Assembly: GCA_028699085.1 (NCBI GenBank)
Contig: JAQVVF010000004.1
Location: 2,143-66,142 of the forward strand
From: Patescibacteria group bacterium
Lineage (GTDB): Bacteria; Patescibacteriota; JABMPQ01; JAQVVF01
Length of the DNA stretch: 64,000 nt
Direction of reading: 5' to 3'
Positions 51,094 to 61,060 of this stretch are shown piece by piece. A model generated the notes under the pieces. The model saw only the letters and a list, made by a program, of their open reading frames with translations. It did no database searches and was not told where the DNA came from. Each line of letters opens with the position of its first letter. The first letter of the stretch is position 1. The translations under genes and the position numbers were made by a program.

Positions 51094-54000
51094 TTAAGCT
51101 ACTTTCCTAACTTCATAACATCCATCTTTAATTTCATAACCATTAAAATTTAATGATGATTTTAATTTAACAACTTTTTCATCACTCGCCTGAGATTTTA
51201 CATAAGTATTAATTTTTTCACGATTACTCGTAGTTCCAGGTACACCAGTCACCAAAACTGATTTTAATTTTCGTCTCTTAGCAATTTTAGCCGCAGCATT
51301 ATAAACTTGCTCACAGAAACTGCTTGCCTGCAATTTATTCAAATATTCATCTCTTGGATTATTTGCCCGAACAATCAAATGACCTTCTCTCTCTATCAAA
51401 ACTACTCCGCCAATTATTTGACGCTTTTGCGGATCATTAGGATTAATCACAAATTTACAAGGCACTGCTTCTGGCCAATTTTTTAGCATTTGATCAATCC
51501 TAGTATAACAAGCTTCTGAATAATAACCACTTAATTCACCAACAAATCCACGATCTGGAATCATCGAAATTTCTTCCTGACTTCCTTCCAACGATGCTTC
51601 CATTCTCTGCATTGTTTCCACCATGTTATTCATTGTCAAAATTTTTCTCAAACGTCCAAAATCCTGAGCCGACGGCATCCAATCACCAAAATATTTTCTA
51701 GCTTCTTTTTTGGAACCTTTCAATACATGGTCTTTCAAAACATTCATTGTAATATCACGAACAAATTGAGCGCCTTCCAAATAAACTACACTATTATTTT
51801 GCATTGGCAATGGCAATTGTTCATAGCCAGAATGATTTGTCATCGCTTTATGAAATAATATTCTACGCATAAATGGCGATGTAAAATCATTCTCTTTCTT
51901 AATATTCAAACCCTCTTCACAATTCAATAGCGCTCGCAAAACATCATCCATCGAAGAACTGCTTTTTACTTTTGCCAATCCTGCTTCTAATACATCTGCT
52001 TTCTTTCTCATCGCTTTAAATCTTGCCTCATTAGCAGTTGTTAAATCCAAAGCACCTAATTCTTGCTGCCACATTTCAGCTATTTCATTCTTCATTCTAT
52101 CCAAGCCCTTTGCTTGAGTTAAATCATAAGCTCCCAAAAGATCTTGGCGAAAACGGCGATATTCTGCTACTACCTCTGGTCGTTGCAACGAATCCAAATT
52201 ATTTTTTACTCTTTCTACTTTCAAAGTCATAGTCTCATATCCAGCTGGCAGTTCTTTTATCTCGCCTTTATTTTCAGCCTCTGCAAATTGTCTATATACT
52301 GTTTCTAAATTTTTATCTGGCCTCGCCCACCTGCTTGTGTTAAACATTGTTCCAACTGCCAAAACATCATAATCAAAAGGCGTCATTTTTTCTGGAGATG
52401 GCAAATTACCGCTAATCAGATCTTCCTTGATTTGCAAAAGCCTAGTTTCCATTTCTGCAACCGAAGTCATTTTGTCTGCTATTTGCTCTGCTGGCAAAAC
52501 TTTTAATTCTCCTCTTTCCACTTTCTGCAAATTAGTAAAATACTGGTATAAACGCGGTGTCTGTTCTAAACCAAAACGCCCTACAAAAGCAGAAAAATCT
52601 GTAATTCCGCTTGCTGATAATTCGAAACCACAATCTTGATTACTTAAATAAACAAGATATGGCCGGACTTTATCATTTGCTGATCCAGTCAAAGCTTCCG
52701 GATAACGCCCTGTTACTTTTACCAATTCATCAAAAGCCTCAGGCGCTAATAACAAACGATATTGCTCTAATGAAAAAATTTGGACAACTTCTTTGGGAGT
52801 AAAAGCCATTGCATCCAGAATCTCTCGATCACTTTGATTTACAAAATCAGGATTCAATCTCGCCAAAGAATAATCAAAACCTTTACCTTTCTGCAATGAA
52901 TTAAAAACCATTACTCTAAGTTGTGTTTTACTTGGTCCGACTCCTAGTAATTCTTTAACTTTCTCAACTTCTGTTTTATTATTTTCTAAAGACGAGTAAA
53001 TCCTATCAATTTCTCCCTGCGTTAAATCCAAGTTCTTTACAATTTCTTGATCCGATAGATCCTTGAATTCTGGATTCATTCGCGCCAAAGCAAGAGCCAT
53101 TTCACCTTGCTGACTACCTAGTGATCTTATTAAACTTTCGCTCAATAATTTTTTACTAGGAGGCATTCCATATCGTTCATTCAATGTATTACAATTATTC
53201 ATTATTTTCGCCTTCTTTTCAGCCGGTAAAGTAAGTTGTTCTTGATCGTCTTGATGCTTAAGAATCAAATCACTATAAACTCCACTATAAAAATTTGCAT
53301 AAGCTAAATCAATTATTCTAGCTCTAGCTTCCTGATCCACGCCAAATTTTTCAATAAATCGATCTAATTTTTCAAAACTAAAATTATTATCTTCTACAAT
53401 ATAACGTAATCTAGCATCAATGATCTTATCAATCATGTTTCTGGAAATCCATTCTGCTTTTATCTGCCCTTTATCAACTGCTTGATACAGATAGTAATAG
53501 TCTAAAGGATCTATATATCTATGCTCTTCAGATTCTTTTTCAAGGCTTGCAACCATCTTGCCAACATAACCTTTCTGCTCATCTTCCGGCAAAGCTCCAA
53601 ATTTATCTTCAAAAAAATCCAAATTTTTTATTATCTTCTTTTCACTATATTGTTCAAACAATACTGTCTTTACATTATCAGGTATCTGATCTGGGAATTG
53701 GTCTGGATCCAGACCGGCTAAAGATTTCAAATCAACGCCATCTCTAATTACCGCTTCTGCAATTCTTAAAATATTTTCTTTTGGGTATTGCCAATGAAAC
53801 CAATGTCCAGTTTTAACTCTCTCCCTTGCCAAAACAGAAGGAGCCTTCTGGAGTAACATTTGCTCATACTCTTCTCTCATCTCATCATCATATTCTTGTT
53901 TACCATGTTTTTGTTTTGTTTCTTCATCAGCCATCATTGAAATTTGTCTAACACAAGATTGCATCAACGTTTCTCCAGTTTCAGTAAACCTTATTACTGG

Positions 54001-54621
54001 TTCATACTTCGATTTATAACCTTCTAAACCTCGATAAAAATTTACCATTCCATCAAAATTTTCAGCTTTTTTTAGCTCTAAAAATCTATTGAATAAAGAA
54101 TCATGCATCTGTCTTTGGACACCATCCCAGCTAATTCGATCAAAATCACGCTTATTTCTTCCATAATATGTTTCAATAACACTTTTTCCAAATCTAGGAA
54201 ACTTTAATTCCGAATATCTTTCAGCCCATGAAGCTTTGTCATTATAAATTTTCAAAGCCTCATCTAAATTACCACTTTTTAATAATCTTCTGATTTGTTT
54301 TACAGCACCGATATATTCTTTGGCTCGCTGTCTATTTTCAACATATTCTGATATTTTCTTTTCAAAACGACCATAAACAGTTTTTGCTTTTTCAGCAATA
54401 CCAGCTAATCTTCCTTTTGTTTTTTCATCAACAGAACTCTCATGGCTCTCAGCCACTTTTTCCGCAGATGACAAACCAGTTTCCTGGAGATTATCAACCC
54501 GCTGTCTCGCTTGTTCTAATCTCTGCTCCATTAATTTTTCAGGACTTAATTCTTGCTCCTTCTTTTTTTGTTCTTGTTGTTTTTCATGCTCCAAAATCGC
54601 AATATCTTCTTTACCAATCAT
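51094..54621 (-). CDS. Large (1175 aa) hypothetical protein with an internal repeat and a possible GNAT-like C-terminal domain
   Basis: Long uninterrupted ORF, visibly higher GC; no signal peptide or TM. Confidence 0.8.
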   Translation of the reverse strand: MIGKEDIAILEHEKQQEQKKKEQELSPEKLMEQRLEQARQRVDNLQETGLSSAEKVAESHESSVDEKTKGRLAGIAEKAKTVYGRFEKKISEYVENRQRAKEYIGAVKQIRRLLKSGNLDEALKIYNDKASWAERYSELKFPRFGKSVIETYYGRNKRDFDRISWDGVQRQMHDSLFNRFLELKKAENFDGMVNFYRGLEGYKSKYEPVIRFTETGETLMQSCVRQISMMADEETKQKHGKQEYDDEMREEYEQMLLQKAPSVLARERVKTGHWFHWQYPKENILRIAEAVIRDGVDLKSLAGLDPDQFPDQIPDNVKTVLFEQYSEKKIIKNLDFFEDKFGALPEDEQKGYVGKMVASLEKESEEHRYIDPLDYYYLYQAVDKGQIKAEWISRNMIDKIIDARLRYIVEDNNFSFEKLDRFIEKFGVDQEARARIIDLAYANFYSGVYSDLILKHQDDQEQLTLPAEKKAKIMNNCNTLNERYGMPPSKKLLSESLIRSLGSQQGEMALALARMNPEFKDLSDQEIVKNLDLTQGEIDRIYSSLENNKTEVEKVKELLGVGPSKTQLRVMVFNSLQKGKGFDYSLARLNPDFVNQSDREILDAMAFTPKEVVQIFSLEQYRLLLAPEAFDELVKVTGRYPEALTGSANDKVRPYLVYLSNQDCGFELSASGITDFSAFVGRFGLEQTPRLYQYFTNLQKVERGELKVLPAEQIADKMTSVAEMETRLLQIKEDLISGNLPSPEKMTPFDYDVLAVGTMFNTSRWARPDKNLETVYRQFAEAENKGEIKELPAGYETMTLKVERVKNNLDSLQRPEVVAEYRRFRQDLLGAYDLTQAKGLDRMKNEIAEMWQQELGALDLTTANEARFKAMRKKADVLEAGLAKVKSSSSMDDVLRALLNCEEGLNIKKENDFTSPFMRRILFHKAMTNHSGYEQLPLPMQNNSVVYLEGAQFVRDITMNVLKDHVLKGSKKEARKYFGDWMPSAQDFGRLRKILTMNNMVETMQRMEASLEGSQEEISMIPDRGFVGELSGYYSEACYTRIDQMLKNWPEAVPCKFVINPNDPQKRQIIGGVVLIEREGHLIVRANNPRDEYLNKLQASSFCEQVYNAAAKIAKRRKLKSVLVTGVPGTTSNREKINTYVKSQASDEKVVKLKSSLNFNGYEIKDGCYEVRKVA

Positions 54622-54625
54622 ATAT

Positions 54626-54799
54626 TTAATTTATTTTATTTATAATTTTTTTCTTTTTTGCCGCTATTAATTTCTTTTCAAAATCTTTAACAATTTTATT
54701 TTGTTCTTTTTTTAATTTATTCATTTCGATTAAAAATTCCTGCCAAGCTTTTTCGATTTCTTTATTCGAATTTTTATTTTCACTTATTTTTTTTGTCAT
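54626..54799 (-). CDS. Small (57 aa) helical/coiled-coil protein; not in the ORF track
   Basis: MTKKISENKNSNKEIEKAWQEFLIEMNKLKKEQNKIVKDFEKKLIAAKKKKIINKIN-stop; fills the gap and ends 4 nt before the next ATG. Confidence 0.7.
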   Translation of the reverse strand: MTKKISENKNSNKEIEKAWQEFLIEMNKLKKEQNKIVKDFEKKLIAAKKKKIINKIN

Positions 54800-54831
54800 T
54801 TTTTAATTTTTACTTTAAAACTTTATAACTC

Positions 54832-55269
54832 CTAACTTCGCTGGTATTTTCCAATTAGCTCGCATTTTTCAATCACATGTTCATTGATTGCTTGTTCAAG
54901 CTGATTAATATCAGTCCCTTCTTTTAAATTAAGCACTATATCTAAAGCGAATAATTTAAAAACATATCGATGTTCGCCAGAACCAGGACAAGGTCCTCCG
55001 TATCCAACCTCGCCAAAAGTTGTTTTTCCTAAAACAGCATTTTCTGGTATGCTATTTTCTTTTATTTCCAACAATTTTGGATTAATATTCCATACTGTCC
55101 AATGTGTCCAAGTGCCACTGGGAGAATCAGGATCATCAAAAATCAACGCTAAACTTTTTGCATTTTTTGGTACATCAAAAAATTTTAAAGGCGGATTTAC
55201 ATTTTCGCCATCACATGTATATTTAGCCGGAATACTTTCACCATTTTTAAAAATGCTTTCTATTAGCAT
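54832..55269 (-). CDS. YbhB/YbcL family (PEBP-like) protein
   Basis: YTCDG.N.NPPL, DDPDSP, HW.VWNI, YGGPCP, HRY.F. Confidence 0.92.
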   Translation of the reverse strand: MLIESIFKNGESIPAKYTCDGENVNPPLKFFDVPKNAKSLALIFDDPDSPSGTWTHWTVWNINPKLLEIKENSIPENAVLGKTTFGEVGYGGPCPGSGEHRYVFKLFALDIVLNLKEGTDINQLEQAINEHVIEKCELIGKYQRS

Positions 55270-55335
55270 AAATTTAAATTATTTTTTACTTTTTACTTAT
55301 AACTTTTTACTTTTTAATTTTGACTTTTACCTTTT

Positions 55336-55665
55336 TTAACGATTATCTCCACTTCCGTGCAATTTACCACGCTTTTTTCTAGACATTAATTTTTCCAAAT
55401 TAAATTGTGCTACGTCTTCCATTGATAATTTTAATTCTGAACAAACTGAAGCGATATACCAAAGAACATCGCCTAGCTCTTTTTTCATTTCTAATCTCTT
55501 TTCTTTATTAACCTTTCCCCCATCATCTCTAATTACTTTTTTCATTTTTTCAGCGACCTCTCCTGCTTCACCCATCAATCCTAAAGTCGGATAGACAAAA
55601 TTTTTACCTTTATCCGGATAAATTGCTGTTCTCCTTGCTTTTTTCTGATAATCATTAAAATTCAT
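55336..55665 (-). CDS. MazG-like NTP pyrophosphohydrolase
   Basis: LGL.GEAGEVAEK.KK, ELGDVLWY, GSGDNR. Confidence 0.9.
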   Translation of the reverse strand: MNFNDYQKKARRTAIYPDKGKNFVYPTLGLMGEAGEVAEKMKKVIRDDGGKVNKEKRLEMKKELGDVLWYIASVCSELKLSMEDVAQFNLEKLMSRKKRGKLHGSGDNR

Positions 55666-55730
55666 AAACTAAAATTAAATAATATACTTTAATTTTACCA
55701 AAAATAAGCAAAAAAAATAGACAAAATTGT

Positions 55731-55991
55731 CTATCTATGAAAGGTCTTCAAATAAATAATGTATCCGGCTAGTACGCTTCGAAAGAAATCTTTATTTAAT
55801 TGGTCATAAATTCTAACAAGTTGCTCTTGCAAAATTGGTTTTTCCTGATCAAGACAAGCATCAACTAAAAAATTGCCTAAAGATTCAAGAACTCCTTTTG
55901 CATGAAAATATTCATTAATATTTTGATATTCAGCCTTATCAAATTTTAAAGCAGTTTTTTCAAAAGATTCAAGCAATCCTTTAATCTGCAT
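55731..55991 (-). CDS. Orphan hypothetical protein (86 aa)
   Basis: SD AAGGGGG before ATG 55991; promoter TTGCTT-16-TATAAT at 56053-56026; terminator hairpin ATAGACAA/TTGTCTAT at 55717-55734. Confidence 0.6.
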   Translation of the reverse strand: MQIKGLLESFEKTALKFDKAEYQNINEYFHAKGVLESLGNFLVDACLDQEKPILQEQLVRIYDQLNKDFFRSVLAGYIIYLKTFHR

Positions 55992-56079
55992 TTCGTCCCC
56001 CTTCTTGTTATTCAAAGAACGATATATTATACAAAAAAATCATAAAAAAGCAAGACCTTCTACCAAAAACATAAAAATA

Positions 56080-57423
56080 TTAATATTTTTCCAAATAATT
56101 GTCTTTTTCCCAGTCAGTCACCGCAATTCTAAAACTATCCCATTCTTTCATTTTAATATCATAATATTTTTTGAAAGTCGTCTCACCAAAAACATCCTGC
56201 AATAATCGATCATTTGCTAAATATCTTAATGATTCATATAGATTAGCTGGCAAAGTCTCAATTCCCCTATTTAACATCTCTTCATTAGTCATTTCATAAA
56301 CATTCTCTTCTACAGGATATGGTAGCAACATTTCATTTTCTATCCCATCAATTCCAGTAGCTAGCATTGTCGCAAAAGCTAAATATGGATTTGCGGCTGG
56401 ATCAGGACAGCGAAGTTCAGCTCGTGTCGAACTCGGCTTATTATCATTTACTCTTGGAATCCTAACCAAAGCCGAGCGATTGACTTGGCCCCAAGAAATA
56501 TAAACGGGCGCTTCATATCCCGAAACCAATCTTTTATAAGAATTCACAATTGGGTTTAAAATCGAATTCAAAGCTTTGATATGAAATAGTTGTCCAGCAA
56601 TAAATGATTTGCCTAATTCACTAATATGATAAAGTCCATTGGCATCATAAAAAGCATTTCTAGAATTAGTAAAAATACTTTGATGAACATGCATACCATT
56701 TCCAGCTAAACCAAAGAACGGTTTTGGCATGAAACTGACAAATAATCCATGCTTTCTAGCAATTTGTTTCAAGGCAATTTTGAAAGTCAATACCGAATCA
56801 GCAGTAATAATTGGATCACCATATTTAAAATCAATTTCATGTTGCCCTGATCCTACTTCATGATGCAAAGCCTCAACTTGAATTCCAAGTTTTTGAAGAG
56901 CTACAGTCATATCCTTACGCACTTCTGAATCCTCGTCAGTTGCATAATCAAAATATCCAGCATGATCATGAGGAAGCGGAATAATCTTGCCGTTCTCATC
57001 TCTTTTCAACAAATAAAATTCCAATTCCGGACCCACAAAATATTTAAAACCAAAAGCCAAAGCTTTTGCTACTTGTTTTTTTAAAATATATCTTGGATCG
57101 CTTTCGTAGGCCTCGCCATTTGGCTTATAGACATCACAAATAAATCTGGCTGTTACATTCCCATTATCAGTTGTCCAAGGTAGAATCGCAAAAGTCGATA
57201 AATCTAATTTTAAATACATATCGCTTTCGCAAATTCTCGCAAAACCTTCGATTGATGATCCATCAAACCAAATATTTTGATCAATTGCTTCTGGCAATTT
57301 TTGCATTGGAATTGTCACTGATTTTACATGACCTAATAAATCAGAAAACTGCAAATCAATAAATTTTACTTTTTCTCGCTCGCATAATGTCAATACTTCT
57401 TCTTTTGATTTTATTCTTTGCAT
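56080..57423 (-). CDS. glnA: Glutamine synthetase type I
   Basis: FDGSSI.GF..I.ESDM, GPELEF, HHEVG.GQHE, FMPKP, NGMHVH, NRSA.VRIP, ELRCPD. Confidence 0.95.
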   Translation of the reverse strand: MQRIKSKEEVLTLCEREKVKFIDLQFSDLLGHVKSVTIPMQKLPEAIDQNIWFDGSSIEGFARICESDMYLKLDLSTFAILPWTTDNGNVTARFICDVYKPNGEAYESDPRYILKKQVAKALAFGFKYFVGPELEFYLLKRDENGKIIPLPHDHAGYFDYATDEDSEVRKDMTVALQKLGIQVEALHHEVGSGQHEIDFKYGDPIITADSVLTFKIALKQIARKHGLFVSFMPKPFFGLAGNGMHVHQSIFTNSRNAFYDANGLYHISELGKSFIAGQLFHIKALNSILNPIVNSYKRLVSGYEAPVYISWGQVNRSALVRIPRVNDNKPSSTRAELRCPDPAANPYLAFATMLATGIDGIENEMLLPYPVEENVYEMTNEEMLNRGIETLPANLYESLRYLANDRLLQDVFGETTFKKYYDIKMKEWDSFRIAVTDWEKDNYLEKY

Positions 57424-57474
57424 TTATTTTTTTGTTAATTAACAATTTATAATAACACAAAAATACAAGAAACA

Positions 57475-57497
57475 AAAAACAGCCTTTCAGCTGTTTT
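57475..57497. terminator. Intrinsic terminator
   Basis: AAAACAGC-cttt ca-GCTGTTTT. Confidence 0.7.
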
Positions 57498-57535
57498 AAT
57501 TTTGTTATTTAGTTATTTTATATTTTGTTATTAGT

Positions 57536-58213
57536 TTAGCTAACTCTCTTTCCGTCTCTCATCTCAACAATTTTATTGCAATCTTTCGCTACTTCCATAT
57601 TATGAGTTACTAATAAAAAAGTTTGTTTATCTTCTCTGTTCAATTTTTTCATTAATTCAATAATTTCTAAAGATGTCTTTGTATCTAATTCACCTGTTGG
57701 CTCGTCAGCTAATATAATTGCTGGTTTGTTCATTAAAGCTCGAGCGATTGCCACTCTTTGCTGTTGTCCGCCTGATAATTCATTTGGCTTGTGATTCATT
57801 CTTGATTCTAGACCAACTAATTTTAATAATTCGATTGCTCTTTGCTTTCTTTCAGACATTTTCATTCCTCCGTATTTTCCAGCTAACATAATATTTTCCA
57901 AAGCTGATAATGCTGGAATTAAATTGAATCCTTGAAATACAAAACCAATTTTTTTAGCACGTAATTTATAAGCTTCTTTATCTTTCAAATCTGACATATC
58001 GATGCCATCAATAATTAAAGTACCTTCATCTGGTTTATCTAACAATCCAAAGATATGCATTAAAGTTGATTTACCAGATCCAGAAGGGCCAATAATTGCT
58101 GTAAATTCGCCTTCTTCGACATTCAAGTCAACTCCATTCAAAGCATGGACAATATTCGTCTTTGACATTTTATATATTTTCTTCAAGCCTTTGGCTTCAA
58201 TAACGTTTTTCAT
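57536..58213 (-). CDS. ABC transporter ATP-binding protein (LolD/MacB type)
   Basis: GPSGSGKST, LSGGQQQRVAIARAL, ADEPTG. Confidence 0.93.
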   Translation of the reverse strand: MKNVIEAKGLKKIYKMSKTNIVHALNGVDLNVEEGEFTAIIGPSGSGKSTLMHIFGLLDKPDEGTLIIDGIDMSDLKDKEAYKLRAKKIGFVFQGFNLIPALSALENIMLAGKYGGMKMSERKQRAIELLKLVGLESRMNHKPNELSGGQQQRVAIARALMNKPAIILADEPTGELDTKTSLEIIELMKKLNREDKQTFLLVTHNMEVAKDCNKIVEMRDGKRVS

Positions 58214-58226
58214 ATTTTTAAAAATT

Positions 58227-58254
58227 TACTAGTTACTCGTTACTAATTACTAGA
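58227..58254. repeat. Heptamer tandem repeat
   Basis: TTACTAG TTACTCG TTACTAA TTACTAG. Confidence 0.8.
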
Positions 58255-58255
58255 A

Positions 58256-59542
58256 TTACATTTCTCTAATTGCTTTGATTACTTTCATCTTTGCTGCTTT
58301 AATTGCTGGCATTATGCCTGCAACAATTCCTAAAACAAAAGAGAATATTAATACTTGCAACAAAAATGTAAAATCAAGCAAAAATATTTCTGCGCCTGTT
58401 TCCGCCATTTTATTATTAAACACTACAATTAACAAAACTCCAATTCCAATACCTAATAATCCGCCTAAAGTTCCAATTACTCCAGCTTCCAAAGCATATT
58501 CTAAAGCAATAGATCTGTTAGATGCACCTAAAGATTTCTTGATTCCAATTTCTCTTGTTCTCTCTGAGATAGACATGATCATCGTATTAATAACTGAAAA
58601 ACTTCCAACCAACAAAGCTAATAATGCACCACCTAAAATCACTGCATTCATCATTGCCGAAGCTTTATCAATTTCCTCTCCCATTTTTTTAGGAGATAAT
58701 ACTATAACTTCATCTTTGAATTGATCTTTAATTCTATTCGCAACATCTTCGGAATTCACACCATCTTTCCAAGACACAGATCCCATTGTTGAAAGATCTT
58801 CCATTTTAAAAGCCTTAGCTTGCATTATTTGATCTCTTGTTGCTTTTGGTAAACTAGCTAATTCTCGAACAGAAATACTTGCAGCTTGGGCTTGCTGTTC
58901 TTTCAAAGATTTTAAGAATGGGTTTGATTCAACATATAATTCTCGAGTTGAATCCAAAGACATAAAAACATAGGAATCAGGTCCAGACATTGTTTTGTCT
59001 AAAATTCCAATAACCTTAAATTCCCTACCTCTAATTTTAACTTTGTCATCCAATTTCCATTTTTTGTCTAATGCAATTGTCGAACCAATCGCAATCACAT
59101 CATCAGGATCGCCTTCTTTAATCATTCTACCTTCTTTCATTTCCATTGTTTCCCAATTACGATTTTTAAAATCAGTTTTCAAATCCATACCTTCAATAGT
59201 AGCTGGTATGCCAAAACTCATCGAAGCTGGATCATCGGGATTTGGTTCGTCTAACGACATCTCGATTCCACCAGTTACAGCTTCCACACCTTCAACTTTA
59301 TCAATTTTGTTTAATGTATCAACTGGCAACATTGCACCCATTTGTCCCATCATGAAATCAGTACCTTTTGGTGCAATTGTTATTTGTCCTGTAATATATT
59401 TCTTTCCGCCATCAATCATCTTATTTAATTTTAATGCCATAGATCCCATTACAGTAAATGCAAAAATACCGATTGCAATACCAAAAATAGTTAATAATGT
59501 CCTAAATTTTCTCCTCCACAGATTTCTTAATATTTCTAACAT
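58256..59542 (-). CDS. ABC transporter permease (MacB/FtsX type)
   Basis: R.LLTI.GIAIGI, ERTREIGIKKSLGA, PA.KAA. Confidence 0.92.
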   Translation of the reverse strand: MLEILRNLWRRKFRTLLTIFGIAIGIFAFTVMGSMALKLNKMIDGGKKYITGQITIAPKGTDFMMGQMGAMLPVDTLNKIDKVEGVEAVTGGIEMSLDEPNPDDPASMSFGIPATIEGMDLKTDFKNRNWETMEMKEGRMIKEGDPDDVIAIGSTIALDKKWKLDDKVKIRGREFKVIGILDKTMSGPDSYVFMSLDSTRELYVESNPFLKSLKEQQAQAASISVRELASLPKATRDQIMQAKAFKMEDLSTMGSVSWKDGVNSEDVANRIKDQFKDEVIVLSPKKMGEEIDKASAMMNAVILGGALLALLVGSFSVINTMIMSISERTREIGIKKSLGASNRSIALEYALEAGVIGTLGGLLGIGIGVLLIVVFNNKMAETGAEIFLLDFTFLLQVLIFSFVLGIVAGIMPAIKAAKMKVIKAIREM

Positions 59543-59654
59543 ATTATGTGTATACATTAATAAATAACTTTTATAGTATAACTTACTTTAATTATAATCT
59601 CAACCTTATTTTATAACCTTTTCAAGCATCAATTAGTATATTATTATAATTAAT

Positions 59655-60209
59655 ATGTCACTTTTAAATATTCTTTTCATTGCCATAGCTTTGTCATTTG
59701 ATGCTATGGCAGTTGCAGCTGCTAATGGAGCGCATCATCATCAAATGGGAGCAAAAAAAGCTTTAAAAATTGCTTTCTATTTTGGCTTCTTTCAATTCTT
59801 AATGCCCTTAATTGGTTATATTCTTGGTTTTGGCTTAATTCAATTTATCTCTGGCGTTGATCACTGGATTGCATTTTTTCTTCTAGTTATTTTAGGAATA
59901 AAAATGTTGGTAGAATCATTCAAGAAAGAAGAGGAGAAAAAAATTGACATTCATAGTTTTAAGATTTTATTAACTCAATCAATTGCCACTAGCATTGACG
60001 CTCTAATTATCGGCGTTACTTTAGCTTTATTGCCAGTAAATATTTGGCTATCAGTTTCAATCATCGGCCTAACGACATTTATATTATCTCTAATTTCAAT
60101 TTATATTGGTAAAAAATGCGGTGAAAAATGGGGCAAAAAAGCTGAAATTATCGGCGGACTTGTTTTAATAAGTATTGGCTTAAAAATTTTGTTAGAACAT
60201 ATTTTATAA
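59655..60209 (+). CDS. mntP: Manganese efflux pump MntP family
   Basis: ALSFDAMAV, FQFLMP.IG, DHWIAF, ATSIDAL. Confidence 0.9.
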   Translation: MSLLNILFIAIALSFDAMAVAAANGAHHHQMGAKKALKIAFYFGFFQFLMPLIGYILGFGLIQFISGVDHWIAFFLLVILGIKMLVESFKKEEEKKIDIHSFKILLTQSIATSIDALIIGVTLALLPVNIWLSVSIIGLTTFILSLISIYIGKKCGEKWGKKAEIIGGLVLISIGLKILLEHIL

Positions 60210-60225
60210 TAATAAAAGCAAATTT

Positions 60226-61038
60226 ATGGAAAATATCATTGAAGTGAAAAACTTAACAAAAAAATTCAATAAATTTATTGCAGTTGATAATATCAGCTTT
60301 GAAATTAAAAAAGGTGAAATTTTTGGTTTTTTAGGTCCAAATGGCGCTGGCAAATCAACAACCATCAGGATTTTAACTACTCTTTTACAACCTTCAGCAG
60401 GTGAAATTAATATTTCTGGATTTGATTTAAAAAAAGATCCAGATGATATCAGAAAGCAAATTGGCCTTGTTGCTGAAAAAATTATCCTTTATGATCGTCT
60501 TACTGCTCGCGAAAATTTAAAATTTTTTGGCCAACTTTTTCATCTTTCGAAACAAGAAATTGAAGAGCGAACTAAAAAATGGGTTGATCGATTAGATATG
60601 GCAAAATGGCTAGATGCGCAGGTTGGTACTTATTCAACAGGCATGAAGCAAAGAATTAATATTGTTCGTGCTTTATTAACTGAACCCAACATTCTTTTCC
60701 TTGACGAACCAACTTTAGGTCTAGATCCCCAAACATCAAATTTAATCAGAGAATTTATACAAGAATTAAATAAAAAAGGAATTACAATTTTATTAACAAC
60801 ACACGACATGCTAGAAGCTGATATTTTATCAAATAGGATAGCAATTATTGACCACGGAAAAATTGTTGCTTTAGATAATTCAGAAAATTTAAAAAAGTTA
60901 GTAACAGATAAAGAGAATCCAACTCTTCAAGATGTCTTTTTGAAAGTAACAGGAACACAAATCAGAGATAATGCAGATGGCAAAGTCGCTCCATCTGACA
61001 TGCATCGTTTTGGAGACAATAAAAACAGAGTCCGCTAG
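60226..61038 (+). CDS. ABC transporter ATP-binding protein (DrrA-like)
   Basis: GPNGAGKST, YSTGMKQR, LDEPTLGLDP. Confidence 0.93.
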   Translation: MENIIEVKNLTKKFNKFIAVDNISFEIKKGEIFGFLGPNGAGKSTTIRILTTLLQPSAGEINISGFDLKKDPDDIRKQIGLVAEKIILYDRLTARENLKFFGQLFHLSKQEIEERTKKWVDRLDMAKWLDAQVGTYSTGMKQRINIVRALLTEPNILFLDEPTLGLDPQTSNLIREFIQELNKKGITILLTTHDMLEADILSNRIAIIDHGKIVALDNSENLKKLVTDKENPTLQDVFLKVTGTQIRDNADGKVAPSDMHRFGDNKNRVR

Positions 61039-61060
61039 TTTTACTTTTTAATTTTTTAAC

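Noticed and set aside
58275-59567. Long antisense ORFs (149 and 190 aa) and similar short opposite-strand ORFs across the track
   Set aside because: They are shadows of well-supported genes, with no motifs or expression signals
59560-59654. yybP-ykoY riboswitch upstream of mntP
   Set aside because: The spacer is short and AT-only, with no recognisable structure
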